64,000 nt of DNA from Phoronis australis (Eukaryota > Animalia > Phoronida). The notes beneath the pieces are model-generated. The model made no database searches. It had not been told where the DNA came from and saw only the letters and a list, made by a program, of their open reading frames with translations. The translations under genes and the position numbers were made by a program. The stretch lies in NCBI GenBank assembly GCA_002633005.1, contig NMRA01000412.1, forward strand, positions 200,614 to 264,613, written 5' to 3'. Below, in pieces: positions 12,033 through 25,900 of the stretch; position 1 is the first letter of the stretch, and each line of letters opens with the position of its first letter.

Positions 12033-12804
12033 CATGGCGGATAAGGACGCCTAATTACTGTTTGGTAATCACAAGCGCTTGATGTTTTATAGGACTTTAA
12101 TAAACAACCTCGACTCTAAGTCAACTATCCAAAAAACCATGCTTCGCCAACCTTTAAAATTATGTATTTTCAAAAAGGAGAATGATCGAGGATTCTAAAA
12201 ATATGCTTCTCATTACTTTGTCTTTATTATTGTCACGTGACCACGTTTTTAAGTCAAATTTGTATGTGCAAGAAATGTATATTCATAGTAAAATAACCCC
12301 CTAGCCGATTTTACTAAAACTACTTTATTTAAATGAAGACTTCACGTTTTATCTCAAAAAACGCTGTTAGGAATTTTTGATTATTCACTGAGTTTGAGTT
12401 TTTGTCAAATAAATCCGCAAAAACACGAGGCACTTTTTGTAAAAAAGCGGCAGTCTAATTAGTTTATCGCTCTGTACGCGAAATCTAGGCATGTTAAACC
12501 AAATCCCAACAGCGCCTTCAAGACATCACGTAGTTTTCATGTAAAAAAGGCTTTAGTGAAATCGGCTGGGTTTTTTATTTTCTTCTTGCACATGGAAATT
12601 TGACTTAAAAACGTGGTCACGTGACACAGTAGTAAGAAGTTGATTTTAGAATCCTCGATATTTCTCCTTTCAGTACTATGCTTTTAATAGTTGACACTAC
12701 ATAATTTTTTCGATATTTAACTTAGATTTGAGGTCGTTTATTTTGGTCCTAAATAACCTTAATGACTTTCATGTCAAACGTTATGTGTGCACTTACACGC
12801 CATG
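12033..12804. mobile_element. Foldback/long-TIR MITE (~350-bp imperfect inverted arms)
   Basis: TGTCACGTGACCACGTTTTTAAGTCAAATTT (~12231) is mirrored at ~12597-12626; CGAGGATTCTAAAA and CATGGCG...CGCCATG are also mirrored. Confidence 0.8.
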
Positions 12805-13446
12805 TATGATGAGTATAAATATTTTTCAAAACAAAACGTTGTCAATAATAGCATGAAGAGGAGATAGCTGTGAATAGCTATTGTACGTTTTACATTGTTT
12901 TTTTCATTTCATAAAGTCGAAGATAAGGCATTATGGTTGTATGTATACATGTAGATACTGTTGTTTTGTTTACAGACAGGACATTGCTATTGCGTTTTTT
13001 CAAAGCGGTCTAGTGAAAAAATAAAAAGTTAGTAAAACTGAATTGCAGCTAATGAGAATTAAAGAGAAAAGGGCGGTGCTGATTAGAATGCCTGTGATTA
13101 CCGTGAGGAAAGGAGGTTGTCTACCCTGCTACTGTGAAGTATCTTTATTCGAAAGACGTGGTGCGCGGGTATTTGCTTTCCGTAGTGACTTTAGGCTGCC
13201 ATGTTTCATATGACGGTTCACCCGTCAAGGATATAGAATGATTCAAATCTGCAAGATTTTCATGTCACTACCAGAAACGCTTAAGGGGTTTAAAAACCCC
13301 TCTTCTATCACAAAAAACCCAAATTTTGAATTTGACGACTTGCCACTACGATATTGTTCTCAAATTGGTTCGTGGTGAAATTGGAGGTTACGTAATTCAA
13401 AGCTTCGAAACAACTGACAGATCGTCAATGCATGAACCAACCTCAA

Positions 13447-13652
13447 TTTGGCTTGTGACGGCGTGTACCAGGCTCAGTTTGGCTTGTGGCGGCATGTACC
13501 GGGCTCAGTTTGGCTTGTGACGGCGTGTACCGGGCTCAGTCAGGCTTGTGACGGCGTGTACCGGGCTCAGTATGGCTTGTGACGGCGTGTACCAGACGCA
13601 GGCTGGCTTGTGACGGCTTAAAACAGGCTCAGTTTGGCTTGTGACGGCGTGT
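13447..13652 (+). repeat. 31-bp minisatellite, ~6.6 copies
   Basis: Unit TTTGGCTTGTGACGGCGTGTACCRGGCTCAG starting at 13447, 13478, 13509, 13540, 13571, 13602 and 13633. Confidence 0.95.
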
Positions 13653-14375
13653 CGGTCATTTTATGGGTAGAGCAAGATCTTAACGAATAACCAACTGTCA
13701 ATTTTTTGCAATTCACTTCTGAGTAAAGAACAAGCTGTATCGAGTTTTACAGCGGTAAGGAGGTTTTAAACAAAAGTTAGCAGGGAATGCAGGTTTGTAT
13801 CTGTCATTTAACTCCTAAATAGAAACGCATGGCTCTACTTCTGAAGAACATCCGAAACCACTGCCACGTGAATACCGGATGAATAATCTAACATTGGAGC
13901 AAAACAATAGTAAAATGACGATTTTTGATTTTTGGTGAAACTTAGACACCAATTTGCTGGAGCTCTACCAGCTGTAGCGCTAAGTAATGATACGCTTTCT
14001 CCACTGAACAAAAACGCATTTGGCGAGACACTCAAATATTTGCCGGAAAATTTATAATCCACGATGGCATAAGTTAATCATGATTTTCTTTTCGGCACGG
14101 CCTTATTTCTAACGTGTAAACGTGTACTGTCTTTAACAAATTTATGACCGTCCTCCGTTTCTTGCATCAACTGTTTAAAGCCAAAAGCAAATCTTCAAAT
14201 TTTCTCCTATTAGAGAATAACGACGGTCTGGTACACGTTGTACCAGACGTGCACAGGCCGCGCATGTTGGCCCTTTGCAATGATCAGCTGGAACTAAATG
14301 CATTGCCTCAAGTCATAGCGCGTGGCATTTGGCGCAGCAGCAGTGAGAGCGCTGCGGTGCAATTGCTTGTGGGAT

Positions 14376-15002
14376 CGAAAAATTTCTTTTCTCGCCTAGA
14401 ATGTCCCTTATTTTGAAATTTTCAAAAGGCTTGAATACCAGCCATTAAATCAGACCTTAGAATACGAATCTCTCTAAAAAACGCTCGTATCGTAATACAT
14501 GTAGTTCAGTCACATTTGTTTTGATTTCTAATTACTGTAAGTTTGTTCCAAGCTTCGACACAGATCAAAATCAATAGTTTGCACACCTTCCAAGTACGTG
14601 TTCATAAATTCAGTCAATTACTTCAGTTACTTCAATATGGTGTTTTTGTAAGTAGCATACCCACCTAAGCAGTTTACCACCGGTGAACGCAGTGGCGGAT
14701 TTAGAGGGGGGGGGAACAAGGGGGCCATGCCCCCAACATTCTGCCAGATTCCATTTGGCAGTTGGGGGCGCAAATGTCTGAAGGGCAAAATCCTGGCTAA
14801 TACTCCGCTTTCGCCCCCGGGTAACTGAAAATTCTGGATCCGCCCCAGGAACGCCTATGTAGAACAATTGAGGTAATCAAGCTTCTTTGCAAATCGTGCA
14901 TAAATAGTCTCAGCAAGCGAAAAAGACGACAATGGTATACGTGTAATCATTTTTCTAAATACAGAAATTTATAGTAGTCTACATGTCTATTTTGGTTTGA
15001 AG
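14376..15002 (+). repeat. ~630-bp dispersed direct repeat, copy 1 (contains MITE A at 14690-14848, TSD GAACG)
   Basis: Near-identical to 17737-18385. Confidence 0.95.
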
Positions 15003-15850
15003 TGTTTATAAATGACTACAAGTCCGTCAAAGAAACCCCAGTTTGATTCAGATCACCTTCCGCTGTGAATCTGAAATTAACTTGTTGGGCTGACACAGAT
15101 GGCAAAGGTTTTAGGGCCTATGGTCAGCACATTGTGCATGCCCAAATTGGGGCAATGGTCTAAATTGTTGCAATAAAGAAAAGGTCAGAATTTGGGTCAG
15201 GAGCCGAGGCCCAAATTGTCACAACGCACTATAGCTCCAGTGCCACCCTAAAGCAATAATCGCATATTCAACAAACGGCATTGTACAGACCATAGATGTC
15301 TATCGTACTGCCATTTGCACGCTATGAAAAATAAGGCGCATAATTTCAATAAAAAGACATTTTAATTCAATAAAATTTATCTCTCATTTTCTCTCATGTG
15401 CAAATCATCGATCTCCAGTTTGAATGCGGGTAACGTGTCGTCGGTATCCTTTGGCTTGACTTTTGTGCATTATACTCAGAAATCAGTGGTAACCATTAAC
15501 TATAGTACACCTGTTGTCTATAATCTATTGTGGTAACCTAATTTAGCAGACGATATTTTCACAGTCGAAGCTTAGCATGATAAAATGTGTAGTACGCTTG
15601 ACTAGTTGCTCAAAACTCATTTTATAGATTCATTAATTCATATTTTGTTTAAAGTGTCAATTCGTTTTGAGTAAAAACAATAGTTTAACAAAAATAACTC
15701 GGCGTTTCTTAAAAGGTCACGACCTCTGACTCCGGGCTTCTGACATAGAAAGTAGTAACAAAGTCGAGGCGAGTCGAGAAAGGTAGAGTGATTTATTGCA
15801 ATGTTTGCCGTTAAGTATGTGGTATAAATAGATTATTACATGTTCTCAGT

Positions 15851-15969
15851 CGTTATCCCCCTTATCAAGAGCCCTCGTGGATTTTGGAGAATTATCACCC
15901 TCGGGGCTAACGCCCCTCGGGCGATAATTCTCCAAAATCCAATCAGGCTCTAGGTTGGGAGGGATAACG
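15851..15969. repeat. Palindromic hairpin element
   Basis: TGGATTTTGGAGAATTATCACCC (15878-15900) pairs with 15919-15941; outer pair CGTTATCCC/GGGATAACG; centre GGGG-CTAACG-CCCC. Confidence 0.8.
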
Positions 15970-17736
15970 CCATGTGATAATCTATATTTATATTTTGGAA
16001 TCCAGTGTTCTTGTATTTTGTACGACCGCGCGTAGATCGGCAGTGTGTAGGTGTTATATGAAGCATAGCGGTACCAATAACACGTCAAATACATATAAAT
16101 CAGTCAAACTAGTCGCCTTTGCGATCGCCATAATATAATTATTGACGACTTTTTAAAAATGTGCATGTGTAGTCAAGTGTGCTCTTGTAACTGGAGCCGA
16201 AGGAAAGGTGACGATTCTGGTGACTAACGAGTTGCAAAAATATTTTCAGTTGCTTTCCAGTATGGAATTTTTCGTACCTGGTCAGCTTAGTGGACATCTA
16301 GAAATATTACTACAAGCCAAAAATGTACATAGGGTGGTTTTTCGAAAATGAATATCAGAAAATATATAATGAAAATTTTTAGGGAAGCTGCTTGAACGAG
16401 TGTGACGGGGTATATTTCTCGGGTAATCTGTTGAGTGGTGAAAATGGAGGGAAGTTTGCACGTATTTCAGATAATTAAACCACACTACATATTGTACACT
16501 GTTGCTAGCGATGTACGCAAATCACTAAAACACATTAACACAGATAACACTGCACACCGTCCAACAGGGTTAAATAAAAATGATTTATGAATTTCCTTAT
16601 GGGGAGCAAAGTGATTGTCAAACGCTTATTCAACTGGATTCATACCCAATGAATTAGCGATTCATTATGTTAACTGAAAAAATGGCTGAAACCTCCACTA
16701 CACATCCTGTGCTTTAAATTTATGGCGACAGTAATTATTGGTGGACACGATATTTGTAAATGTATGTGCGTTTACATCATAAGCTTGCAATTGTTTACAG
16801 TCTTGTGTGTATTTTTTCTGCAACTGAAATAAGAAACGCATGTCTCACTAAAACAGCGTATGCTGTTGTGACAATTTGAGCTATTGTACGGCAAATTGGG
16901 TGTGTAACTTTGAGGCACCGCACAGCGCATAGATGACCCTCCGACAGACTTGTAAAGTTTGGCCGCTAGCAATTCCAATAACGAACTTCAGTCATCAATT
17001 ATTTCGAAAATACGAAACCTCATGTAATTTGACTAAGGAGACACATGTTACCAAATTCAGCAGCAATTAGTGGACAAAATTAAAATTATACTTTGCGACG
17101 GAAGATGACATTAAACACAATACTGAATGCGCCTTCTGCAGAACATGTGTGCCAACTTCTTTTCTGTTCTTCTCTCTTTGCAAAGCAATATAATGCGCAT
17201 TGAATTTTGCACGCTAATCTGCTCCTGCTGCTGACGTAGGCTCTCGCGGAAGTTAAGACTACTTCATCAGAAATAAGAAGCTTCATTGATTAGCTCGGCT
17301 AGCTCTAAGTCAAGTCACTTCTTGTTATAACAATTCTAGAGAACACAATTCTCGCTTCTTCATAAGACCTTCTCAAAATGGATAAAAAGTTTGATGAAAT
17401 TTGTAACCTCATGGTTCCGATATTTATCAGTGGGTAAGTGTTTTTCTTTGTTCATAGCTTCACTGATTCCTTTGCTGCAACTCGCTTATTTGCTCTTCGA
17501 AACGGTAATAACCGGCTTCAGACGGGAACATGTCACGGCAGTCTATGTCATCGTATTCTCATTGTTATCGCCATAAACATTTCAGGTGTCGCTTTTACTA
17601 CTGCCACCGACATTGCAGCTAATTGTCATCGCTACTGCCGTCGTTGAGGTCGTTATGATCGTTGAATTCGTCGTTTGCGTCGTCTTTATCGAAGACAACA
17701 GTTGCAGAGGCAACTCCAGGATAGTCACGTTGGTAC

Positions 17737-18385
17737 CGAAAAATTTCTTTTCTCGCCTAGAATGTCCCTTATTTCAAAATTTTCAAAAGGCTTGAATCCC
17801 AGCCATTAAATCAGACCTTAGAATACGAATCTCTCTCAAAAACACTCGTATCGTAATACATGTAGTTCAGTCACATTTGTTTTGATTTCTAACTACTGAA
17901 CTTTGCGAACTTGTAAGTTTGTTCCCAGCTTCGACACAGATCAAAATCAATAGTTCACACACCTGCCAAGTACGTGTTCATAAAGTCAGTCAATTACTTC
18001 AGTTACTTCAATATGGTGTTTTTGTAAGTAGCATACCCACCTAAGCAGTTTACCACCGGTGAACGCAGTGGCGGACTTAGAGGGGGGGGGGGAACAAGGG
18101 GGCCATGCCCCCAACATTCTGCCAGATTCCATTTGGCAGTTGGGGGCGCAAATGTCTGAAGGGCAAAATCCTAGCTAATACTCCGCCCTCGCCCCGGGTA
18201 ACTGAAAATTCTGGATCCGCCCCAGGAACGCCTCTGTAGAACAATTGAGGTAATCAAGCTTCTTTGCAAATCGTGCATAAATAGTCTCAGCAAGCGAAAA
18301 AGACGACAATGGTATACATGTAATCATTTTTCTAAATACAGAAATTTATAGTAGTCTACACGTCTACATGTATTTTGGTTTGAAG
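17737..18385 (+). repeat. ~630-bp dispersed direct repeat, copy 2 (contains MITE A at 18066-18225, TSD GAACG)
   Basis: Near-identical to 14376-15002, with small indels. Confidence 0.95.
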
Positions 18386-21300
18386 GGGTCAGACTCGAAG
18401 TTGTAGCCTTGATGCTGTGTCATCAAGTGCAAGGTAGACATATACAGTTATCCAAGTAAGCTACCGTTTACTTGAGCATAGGATAAAAAATATCTTGTCT
18501 TCGTACAAAAGTGCCAAAAATGATTTCGAGTTTAATTTTGAGGAAAAAGATTTGTCCGCGGGCCCTGTGTTTGGCGTACATGTATATATATACAACACAC
18601 ATGTACGTAAATGTAGAAGAGTAAAGTTTTTATTTATTTGAAATCGAAAAATCGCCTAATTTATGTACGGGTGGATCTCGGTTTTGAGGCGACATTATAC
18701 TGTAGGAGACGATGCTGTGTATTTGAAATCACGTCGCATTCGAACCCACCACTTCGGAGATGGCAATCCAACGCCTGTAGAATTAAAACTTAGTGTGACA
18801 AATAGCCATGTATTTTAAGTGTAGTGATTTGATAAAGTCATCGATTTCTCTTTCAATTAATTCCTTTCAATTAAAATTCATCGTTAACATCTAAAATGAG
18901 GATGCAACAACTGTCATATTTCGAAGACGTTGGCGAAACTACGAATTCTTGTGATAAAAAATCGCGATATGTTGTTCTTTGAAGGCATGCGCAAGTCTCA
19001 ACGTGAGATATATGACAGCCTTTTATAGTCTTTCACTGAAGAAGTGTCCAGACAGAGGCCGTATCCCATGAATACCTTGATCCCCTGTGACTGTGTCTAA
19101 CAATGGTGTTTGGTGAAATCGTTAAAATACTTTGGCTACTAAAGTTTTCCGAATTACTGAAAAAACCGAACAATATCCGCCAGTTTCTTTGCTATTCTCA
19201 GACACGCTTCCCACCTGAGTCACGTGATGCATCGGTTAGTGTAGTTAGCGATAAAAAGTCTATTGAATTCCGTGTAATACGTTCCCTGATTAAGCCTATT
19301 TAATAGAAAAAGAAAATCAGAATCTGTGAAGCACTCGTTTCCTCATTTCCGAATGTTAATTTCGCTTCGTGAAAAATTACCTATTCTACCAAGCAGTCAG
19401 GAAAAAGCGTGACTGCAAGCGTTCTACAAAAGGCACAAGCGAACTGGAAAGAAGTTGACAAATCAATAACGCTGGTGCTTAAGTATGGAATGTGCCACTC
19501 ATTTGGCATTTCAACTCTGAAGTAGTATTGACCTGTTATGGCTTTTAGTGCTTGAAACTGCAAGTATTCGGTTTACAAAGACCATGAATTCGCGAACTCC
19601 TAAGGAACAGCTACAATTATGAATACGATTCGGTACACTGTAACCTAATCCTAAGCTGACGAGCTGCAGCGCAATAACGATCTTTTTCGTTTGAAACAGA
19701 ATGCCAAATATCAAATTTGCCAGTACCTACGAAATGGCCGCCAAAGTTGAGCAGCATTAAACTTTACGAAATGTCATTGTCTTGTTTTTGTGACATGTTT
19801 CAATTGTTGAGACAAAGGTGAAGCTCTAAGCCCGTATTTCTTTCTTTCTGATCCTACGATGTTTGTTGTATGTTTTGCCATACATGTAGTTAACTTTTAG
19901 TTTTAGATGCAGTTTATCTATTGGTTGGTTCACAAGTTGCCAGTACTGTAGATTTGATTGAAGAGGTTATGTACATGTAGATGGCTTTTAATTGGCATTA
20001 TTATCCCTAGTCTTAGGAAATAATCAACATAGTCTTCGGGTATCGTTTGAGAGGCTACAGAATCGTATGATCAAATGATGTGAGTTTGATTAGTCATTAG
20101 TTGTTTTAATGTCCAGACAATAAATGCGGCTTCACACTTACATGTAAATAGGACTTTTTAATCAACGCGTACATTGTACACGGCGGTGCGTTCCGCAGAC
20201 ACAAGACGCTCGCGAAAAAGCACGACCATGCAAGACCGACGTGAAATAACCCGAGTTAAAGAGGGGTGTTTCGTGAGACCTTGTTTATGACATCTGCCAA
20301 ATGGCGACCACTGAAAGGATTAATCGGCAGAGTTGGAATGTTTCCATTCTGCAAGAGCCCTGCCAGTGTCTTGTATCTACGGAACGCAGCCCAAGGTGTA
20401 CTTGTCCGTAATCTCCTACTACTAGGATTGCATCAAGAATTTCATGTACAAAACCTGTTTGCAAGTCTATTCGAGTTTTTTTATCGACAGTCCCAACGAC
20501 ACACAATGTCGTTAAAGTGTGGCTGCCATTTTGTTGGTCGTATAGGCTAAAATTGTATGATAGATTCGTTTTGAAAGATCATCATGTGGGAAAAACTTTT
20601 GTAATGCGTTGGTTTGCTTTGGAGATTGTAAACGAAACGGAAAGAGTTAAGCTCAAAATGTCCATATTTGACTTAGACTATTGGGGGTCCTCTGCAATGT
20701 ATTTTTGTAAAGCCGGTTGTGCAATGTGAACGCGTGTTGTACCGGGTCATGTGAGAATGAATCCCTTCGTCAAAATGTTTTCATATAAGCTCCTTCCTCA
20801 TTAGTTCATTTAGCTGTGTCAACTCTCTAAGAGGTGTTTTTGTCTCATGCTGACTTTTTGACAGCGTGGTTACCTTTGTTTTCCAGTGGCATGCACACCC
20901 GGTCAAAATATTTGCGAATACTCCGTCGAGGAAACTAACTCAAGCGGCTGACATTACATTTAAGAACAATGCTCCAACTACAAATATTTCAGTTGAAGCA
21001 TGAAATAGGCATATACAGAGAAGTGGAAAATTACTACATGTCCATAATACCCTTACATTCATTGGTGCTATGTCTTAAAACGAAAAACTGGCTCTCGTGA
21101 ACTCGTTCATTCGACGTGCCCCTGTGGCACCGAAACACCGCAAAACTGACAATGGCGGGTTGAAGCAATGATACAGCCCACACTTGTTCCAATCCAGCCA
21201 TCTCCCCCGGTTATACCGTTCTCTTTGCAAAAGTGAAAGGAGTTCGTACGATCGGCTGAAGTCTTATGGATCCGTACGTCTTTGTCATCGAAAGCCACCT

Positions 21301-22186
21301 GAATAGGGATTGGCTAACATGTAAACGAGTTTAAAAGGTCTTCTGAGGTAAAGACGACAATAGCCGTAAGTCGAGGTAGTTTCGAGAATAAATCAATTAA
21401 AAAAGGACACCTGAATGTTCAAATTTAACTCGAGTTCTTCTAATCCACTGAGGTAATAAACGACCCTGGGAAGTGTGGGGCCTTGTTGCACCGATACGAT
21501 ATATGGCTGAGGAGACACTGCGTGGCTCAGTGATTTGAGCTCCAGATGTCCGTTTCGGAGACGAGTTCAAATTCTGACTTTACTGGCAAACAATTGAACA
21601 TTGTACAAAGGTGTTTAGCTTCCACTCCTCTGAACTCGGTCTTCGTAATGATTGTAGGCCTATGCAAGGCTGTAATTAACCTGGGTATAATTCGAAAGCG
21701 TTTTCTAGAGATGAATATTTTAAGAATAGGCCAACATGGCTGTCGGAGCCGGTCGAAGGAAGCCATATTTATAGGCTTATACACTATCTACAGTAGATCA
21801 GCATCGTCAAAACCGATCCATTCTTTAGACCATGCATGGTTACGTCAGACGATAACTAATGCCATGTACATGTATTTGCACTCAGAGGATAATGCGTGTT
21901 AGCTTGATTGTCTGTATTCTCAAAGTTCACCTTTACGTATAATTAAGCTTCTATTTCTCAGGTAGTGTTATCCGTTGTCATCCGGATTCTGCACCTCCAC
22001 AACATTACACTATGTAATGTGAATAATCGTCAATTACAAGTGCTCTTAACAGCACCTGAGACGCGTGGTCATTATGCGTGTAACGCAGTTATTAAAAATC
22101 ACTCTATTTTCAGTCTCGGTTATTTTGCAAGGTTCAGCCTTTACGCACGCATGGAGTAACGTTACAAAATTTTGCCAATTTCATGA

Positions 22187-22620
22187 ACTGGTGCGTGAAC
22201 TAAGGACTCTCGCTTAATCTCAAGTTCACGTACAGTATGCGTGAACTTGGAATACAAGTACAGGAGGAAATTTGACAAGTACATTCCAATAACCACGTTC
22301 ACGTTGATGAAAATTTGAACTGCACTAAATCAAATTATATATTAATAAAGTAACATAAATTTTAACTAACTTCTTTTTTCAACTATTAGCACTCTTATTC
22401 ACCAAACAATAATTGATTTAACATTCACGCATCCCTTCGATTTTTTGACATAAGTTACCGACGCTAAAAGAGAAAATAGGTGATCATGAGGCCAATAGTT
22501 TCAAAAATTCGTTAGACCGAACAAAAAAATTCACCGGATTTCTTAAATGAATATTCAATTCCAAGTTCACGCATACGCGATCTTGAGATGAAGTAGTATT
22601 CCAAGTTCACGCACAGCAGT
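22187..22620. mobile_element. MITE family C (CTGCTGTGCGTGAACTTGG-type TIRs), copy upstream of calbindin
   Basis: Right end TTCCAAGTTCACGCACAGCAGT; left end degenerate; full-length homology to 42891-43301. Confidence 0.8.
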
Positions 22621-22908
22621 ACTAAAGTGTAACGCAAAATCAAACACGCATGGCTAAATTTTCACTGACTGCGTAGTCAAGCTAAGCCAGATTTCCATTT
22701 TGATAGGTAACATCTTTTAATAGAAATGCAATCAATCACCTACACTACATGTACTGTATATACACACAGGGTTCAGGTGACGCAGCCGTGTAACATGTGT
22801 CTAGTCAAGTGAACGTACTTCAACATTAGATCTAGATATTAAGAGTGGTCATACTGCAAGTAATTGAGGAACCATTGACCCAACCAGTCTTAATCTTTCA
22901 GTGAAACA

Positions 22909-25900
22909 ATGGCAGAGTGTTCTAAAGACAGACGTCGAGAGATGTGTCAGAATTTTCTGAAGCAATTCAAGGATAAAGACACGAACGCCTTCAAGAATTT
23001 AACAGCGGAACACTTCCTGGAAATCTGGAGCCATTACGATACAGACAGTAAGTCTCTACCACTCCACTGCAAATGTTACTTTGTTTTGAAGCTTTGTGTA
23101 AGACTTGTGCACACTTTAATATCCGAAAGTCATAGATCTTTATAGTCACGGGTAAGCAAATAACTGTTCTGGAATTAATGGAACCGTTCACCGGTTATTA
23201 CCAAATGCCTAACCTTATGGCTTTCACCTTAGTGGCTCGTGGCCTTACAACAACTACAGCAGTCGTGAACGGATATCGCATGCGACAATGGGCTGGTACA
23301 GAGAGCCGGGGCTTAAAGAAGCATTCCAACTGAGGCCATCATGGCGTATTAGTATCTTGAAACAATGTACACACTTTATGCTAAAATCACTGGATTCTTG
23401 ATCACTTAATAACTAGTTTATCACGAGTTATCACGATCTGCACGAAAGGCAACACTAAACAGAATGTTTTATCTCTATTTAGACAATGGCTATATAGAAG
23501 GCAAAGAACTGGACAGCTTCTTGAGAGAATTTATAGCGAGCAATTTGCCAACAGAAACCACAGGAGAGGTTGGTTGACGAACATGGTGAAATATAGTTTA
23601 AGATTGCATCAGGCCCCTGACTGGGAATCCATTTATCAAATAGCTTACGCCCGATCGTGGTTAAAACGGTCGCAAGTAAGGGACAGGAAAAGTGATTAAG
23701 AACAATGTATCTTATTACTTAAAGCAGCTTTAGTTATTAAGCCTGTCCTTTCGGGCAAAAACAACGTTCTTCAAAAAGTGTTGACTTAAGCCACTTTCCG
23801 TTAAAGAATTGACCTTCTTTTGTTTCTTATCCAGTTTAGAAGTGATGTCTTGGCTCGTCTGGAACTAACAGTTCCTACTGAGTACTGATCGAAAGTCTCA
23901 CTCCGGTTGAGTATCACCCTAGCTCTGACTGAGCCTTAAGCGCGTTCAATGGGAAGCTGTTCTCGATAAGCACTGTACACGTACATGCATTGCATCAGAC
24001 CAAAATTTCAGGTCACTCCTAACCGGGCCAGTTCTTTTGTAGCTCGGAAGTCATTCTACATCTGGGTAAGGAATGTCCACTTTTGTGACCGTACAGAAGT
24101 CAAAACTTTAAAACGTACCAGGTTCGTACCTAAAGGTACCAAAAACCCACCTTCTCTCAAAAGCTACATTGTAGTCCACTACCATTATTAAACCAGTCTC
24201 AGCATTAAAGTATGGGTTAAGAACTCTAGGTTTGCTTGACCTAACAGAAGTTTGTAATTGTGGTTTTAAGCAATAGCGAACTGTCAGTTCCCTCATGCCC
24301 GAAATCACCACTCAAGTGTTTTTGACAGAAGGTGGCTTACAGAACCCCTAACTTCCATTTTCGCAATGCATTGCAAGATTGTCATACATGTACATGTACG
24401 ACTGGTCGTGCTCCGGCAAGGCATGCTTCTCTCATACTCCCATAGGACACTTGGTTAAATCAACTTTGTACATGTAATATCCACGTGTTACGAAACTATA
24501 AAAACTGTCGCGTTGTTATTCAGTTATCTCCAGAGATCACACGGGTTTCACTGGGAATAACGCACAGACAGAGATTAGTTACCGACTTGCAGTATCATGC
24601 ACGGATTTCAACTCTTTCAAATGTTAATTGATAAATGGTCTACTTGATATTCCACGATTAAAAAGACTTTTCACGGCAATTTACATTGTAGCCATATATG
24701 TTCGAACTTGAATTTACATTGTCACCGCATAATGTTCGAACCTTAACCGAACAGCGTTGAAGTTTTTAAACCGTACCATGTTCATCCGGGTTCTGAGCCA
24801 GAAAATTGATCAACTTCACTGTTACTGAATATTATTAGCAGAGCACAAACTAGAACTATTTGATGCAAATTATCTCAGCAATAACTAGCTGTTGTCAGCG
24901 TATTCTCAGAGACTATGTACTTTCGCTGAAGTGAGATTTAATGATGATTCCAGATATAGTTGTGTGAAGCGTAAGACCACTTTAAGCCACTTTTAACGAA
25001 TTATACATTCCGACAATGGTTTCTTATTTAGAGGTGTGAAACTGGCCGATAAGACTATGGAGTATCCTGACTTCTCCGGTGTCACCGTTGAAGACTGCTG
25101 AGCACTGCTATGGAGTGAAAACATTCAGAGATAGGATCAAATGATAACTTTGAAATGTTTAACCAATTTCATTCTTGCACAAAATATAGGCCTAAATGAA
25201 GAACCAAAAGCTTAAAGATATAAAAAAATAATACAGTGACCAACAATAAAAAATTCAGCGCTAAATAACGTAAACAAGAAAGGCACAGCTGTTCGGAACT
25301 GCAAATCTTGTCTCTACATATATACACTACAGGTTGGCTCGGGCAGTGGTCTTATTGTCCTGGCTACGGCCGGCGCTTTTGTCCAAAATATGTACATTGT
25401 ATAAAGTGTAAAGTTTGATGTTTTTCTGGCACCGAAGGTAACTTGATACGTTCCGATGGGACAAACTGACTCAACAAATCTCTTGGGCCTTATTTACAAT
25501 TTCGAAATTAAGATTTGTCACATATATTTTTATTTACATAAAATCTTATAGTTTGATATATTTGAAGAATCTCTTCAAGAGTAATCGTACGTATTCAATA
25601 AGGCTTTTAATAAACATACGTTGCATGTATTCACAAAGGAGAGACTCAGTGATCCTTTTTATGGAGCAATCAGACACATATGTTGTTTCATATACATGTA
25701 TGAAGGTTGAACAAAGCTTACAATCCTTGTTAATCTGAACAGCTGTGAAGAACAATCCTTTATTTGCATAATTGACAAGCATTATACATGTAATTGCTAG
25801 TTGCGGCGTCAATTCAAGAGCTTTAACTAAGCTAGCCTTATCGTTGGAACAAGGAACGCTTCGATCCCGGGGGTTTTCTATTATAGTTTACACTAGCTAG

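Noticed and set aside
13447-13652. CRISPR-like appearance of the 31-bp array (also 55345-55507)
   Set aside because: No unique spacers, no cas genes, eukaryotic context.
17300-21900. Possible exons at ~17340-17432, 17620-17737, 21107-21298 and 21527-21784
   Set aside because: No recognisable domains and no phase-consistent exon chain.
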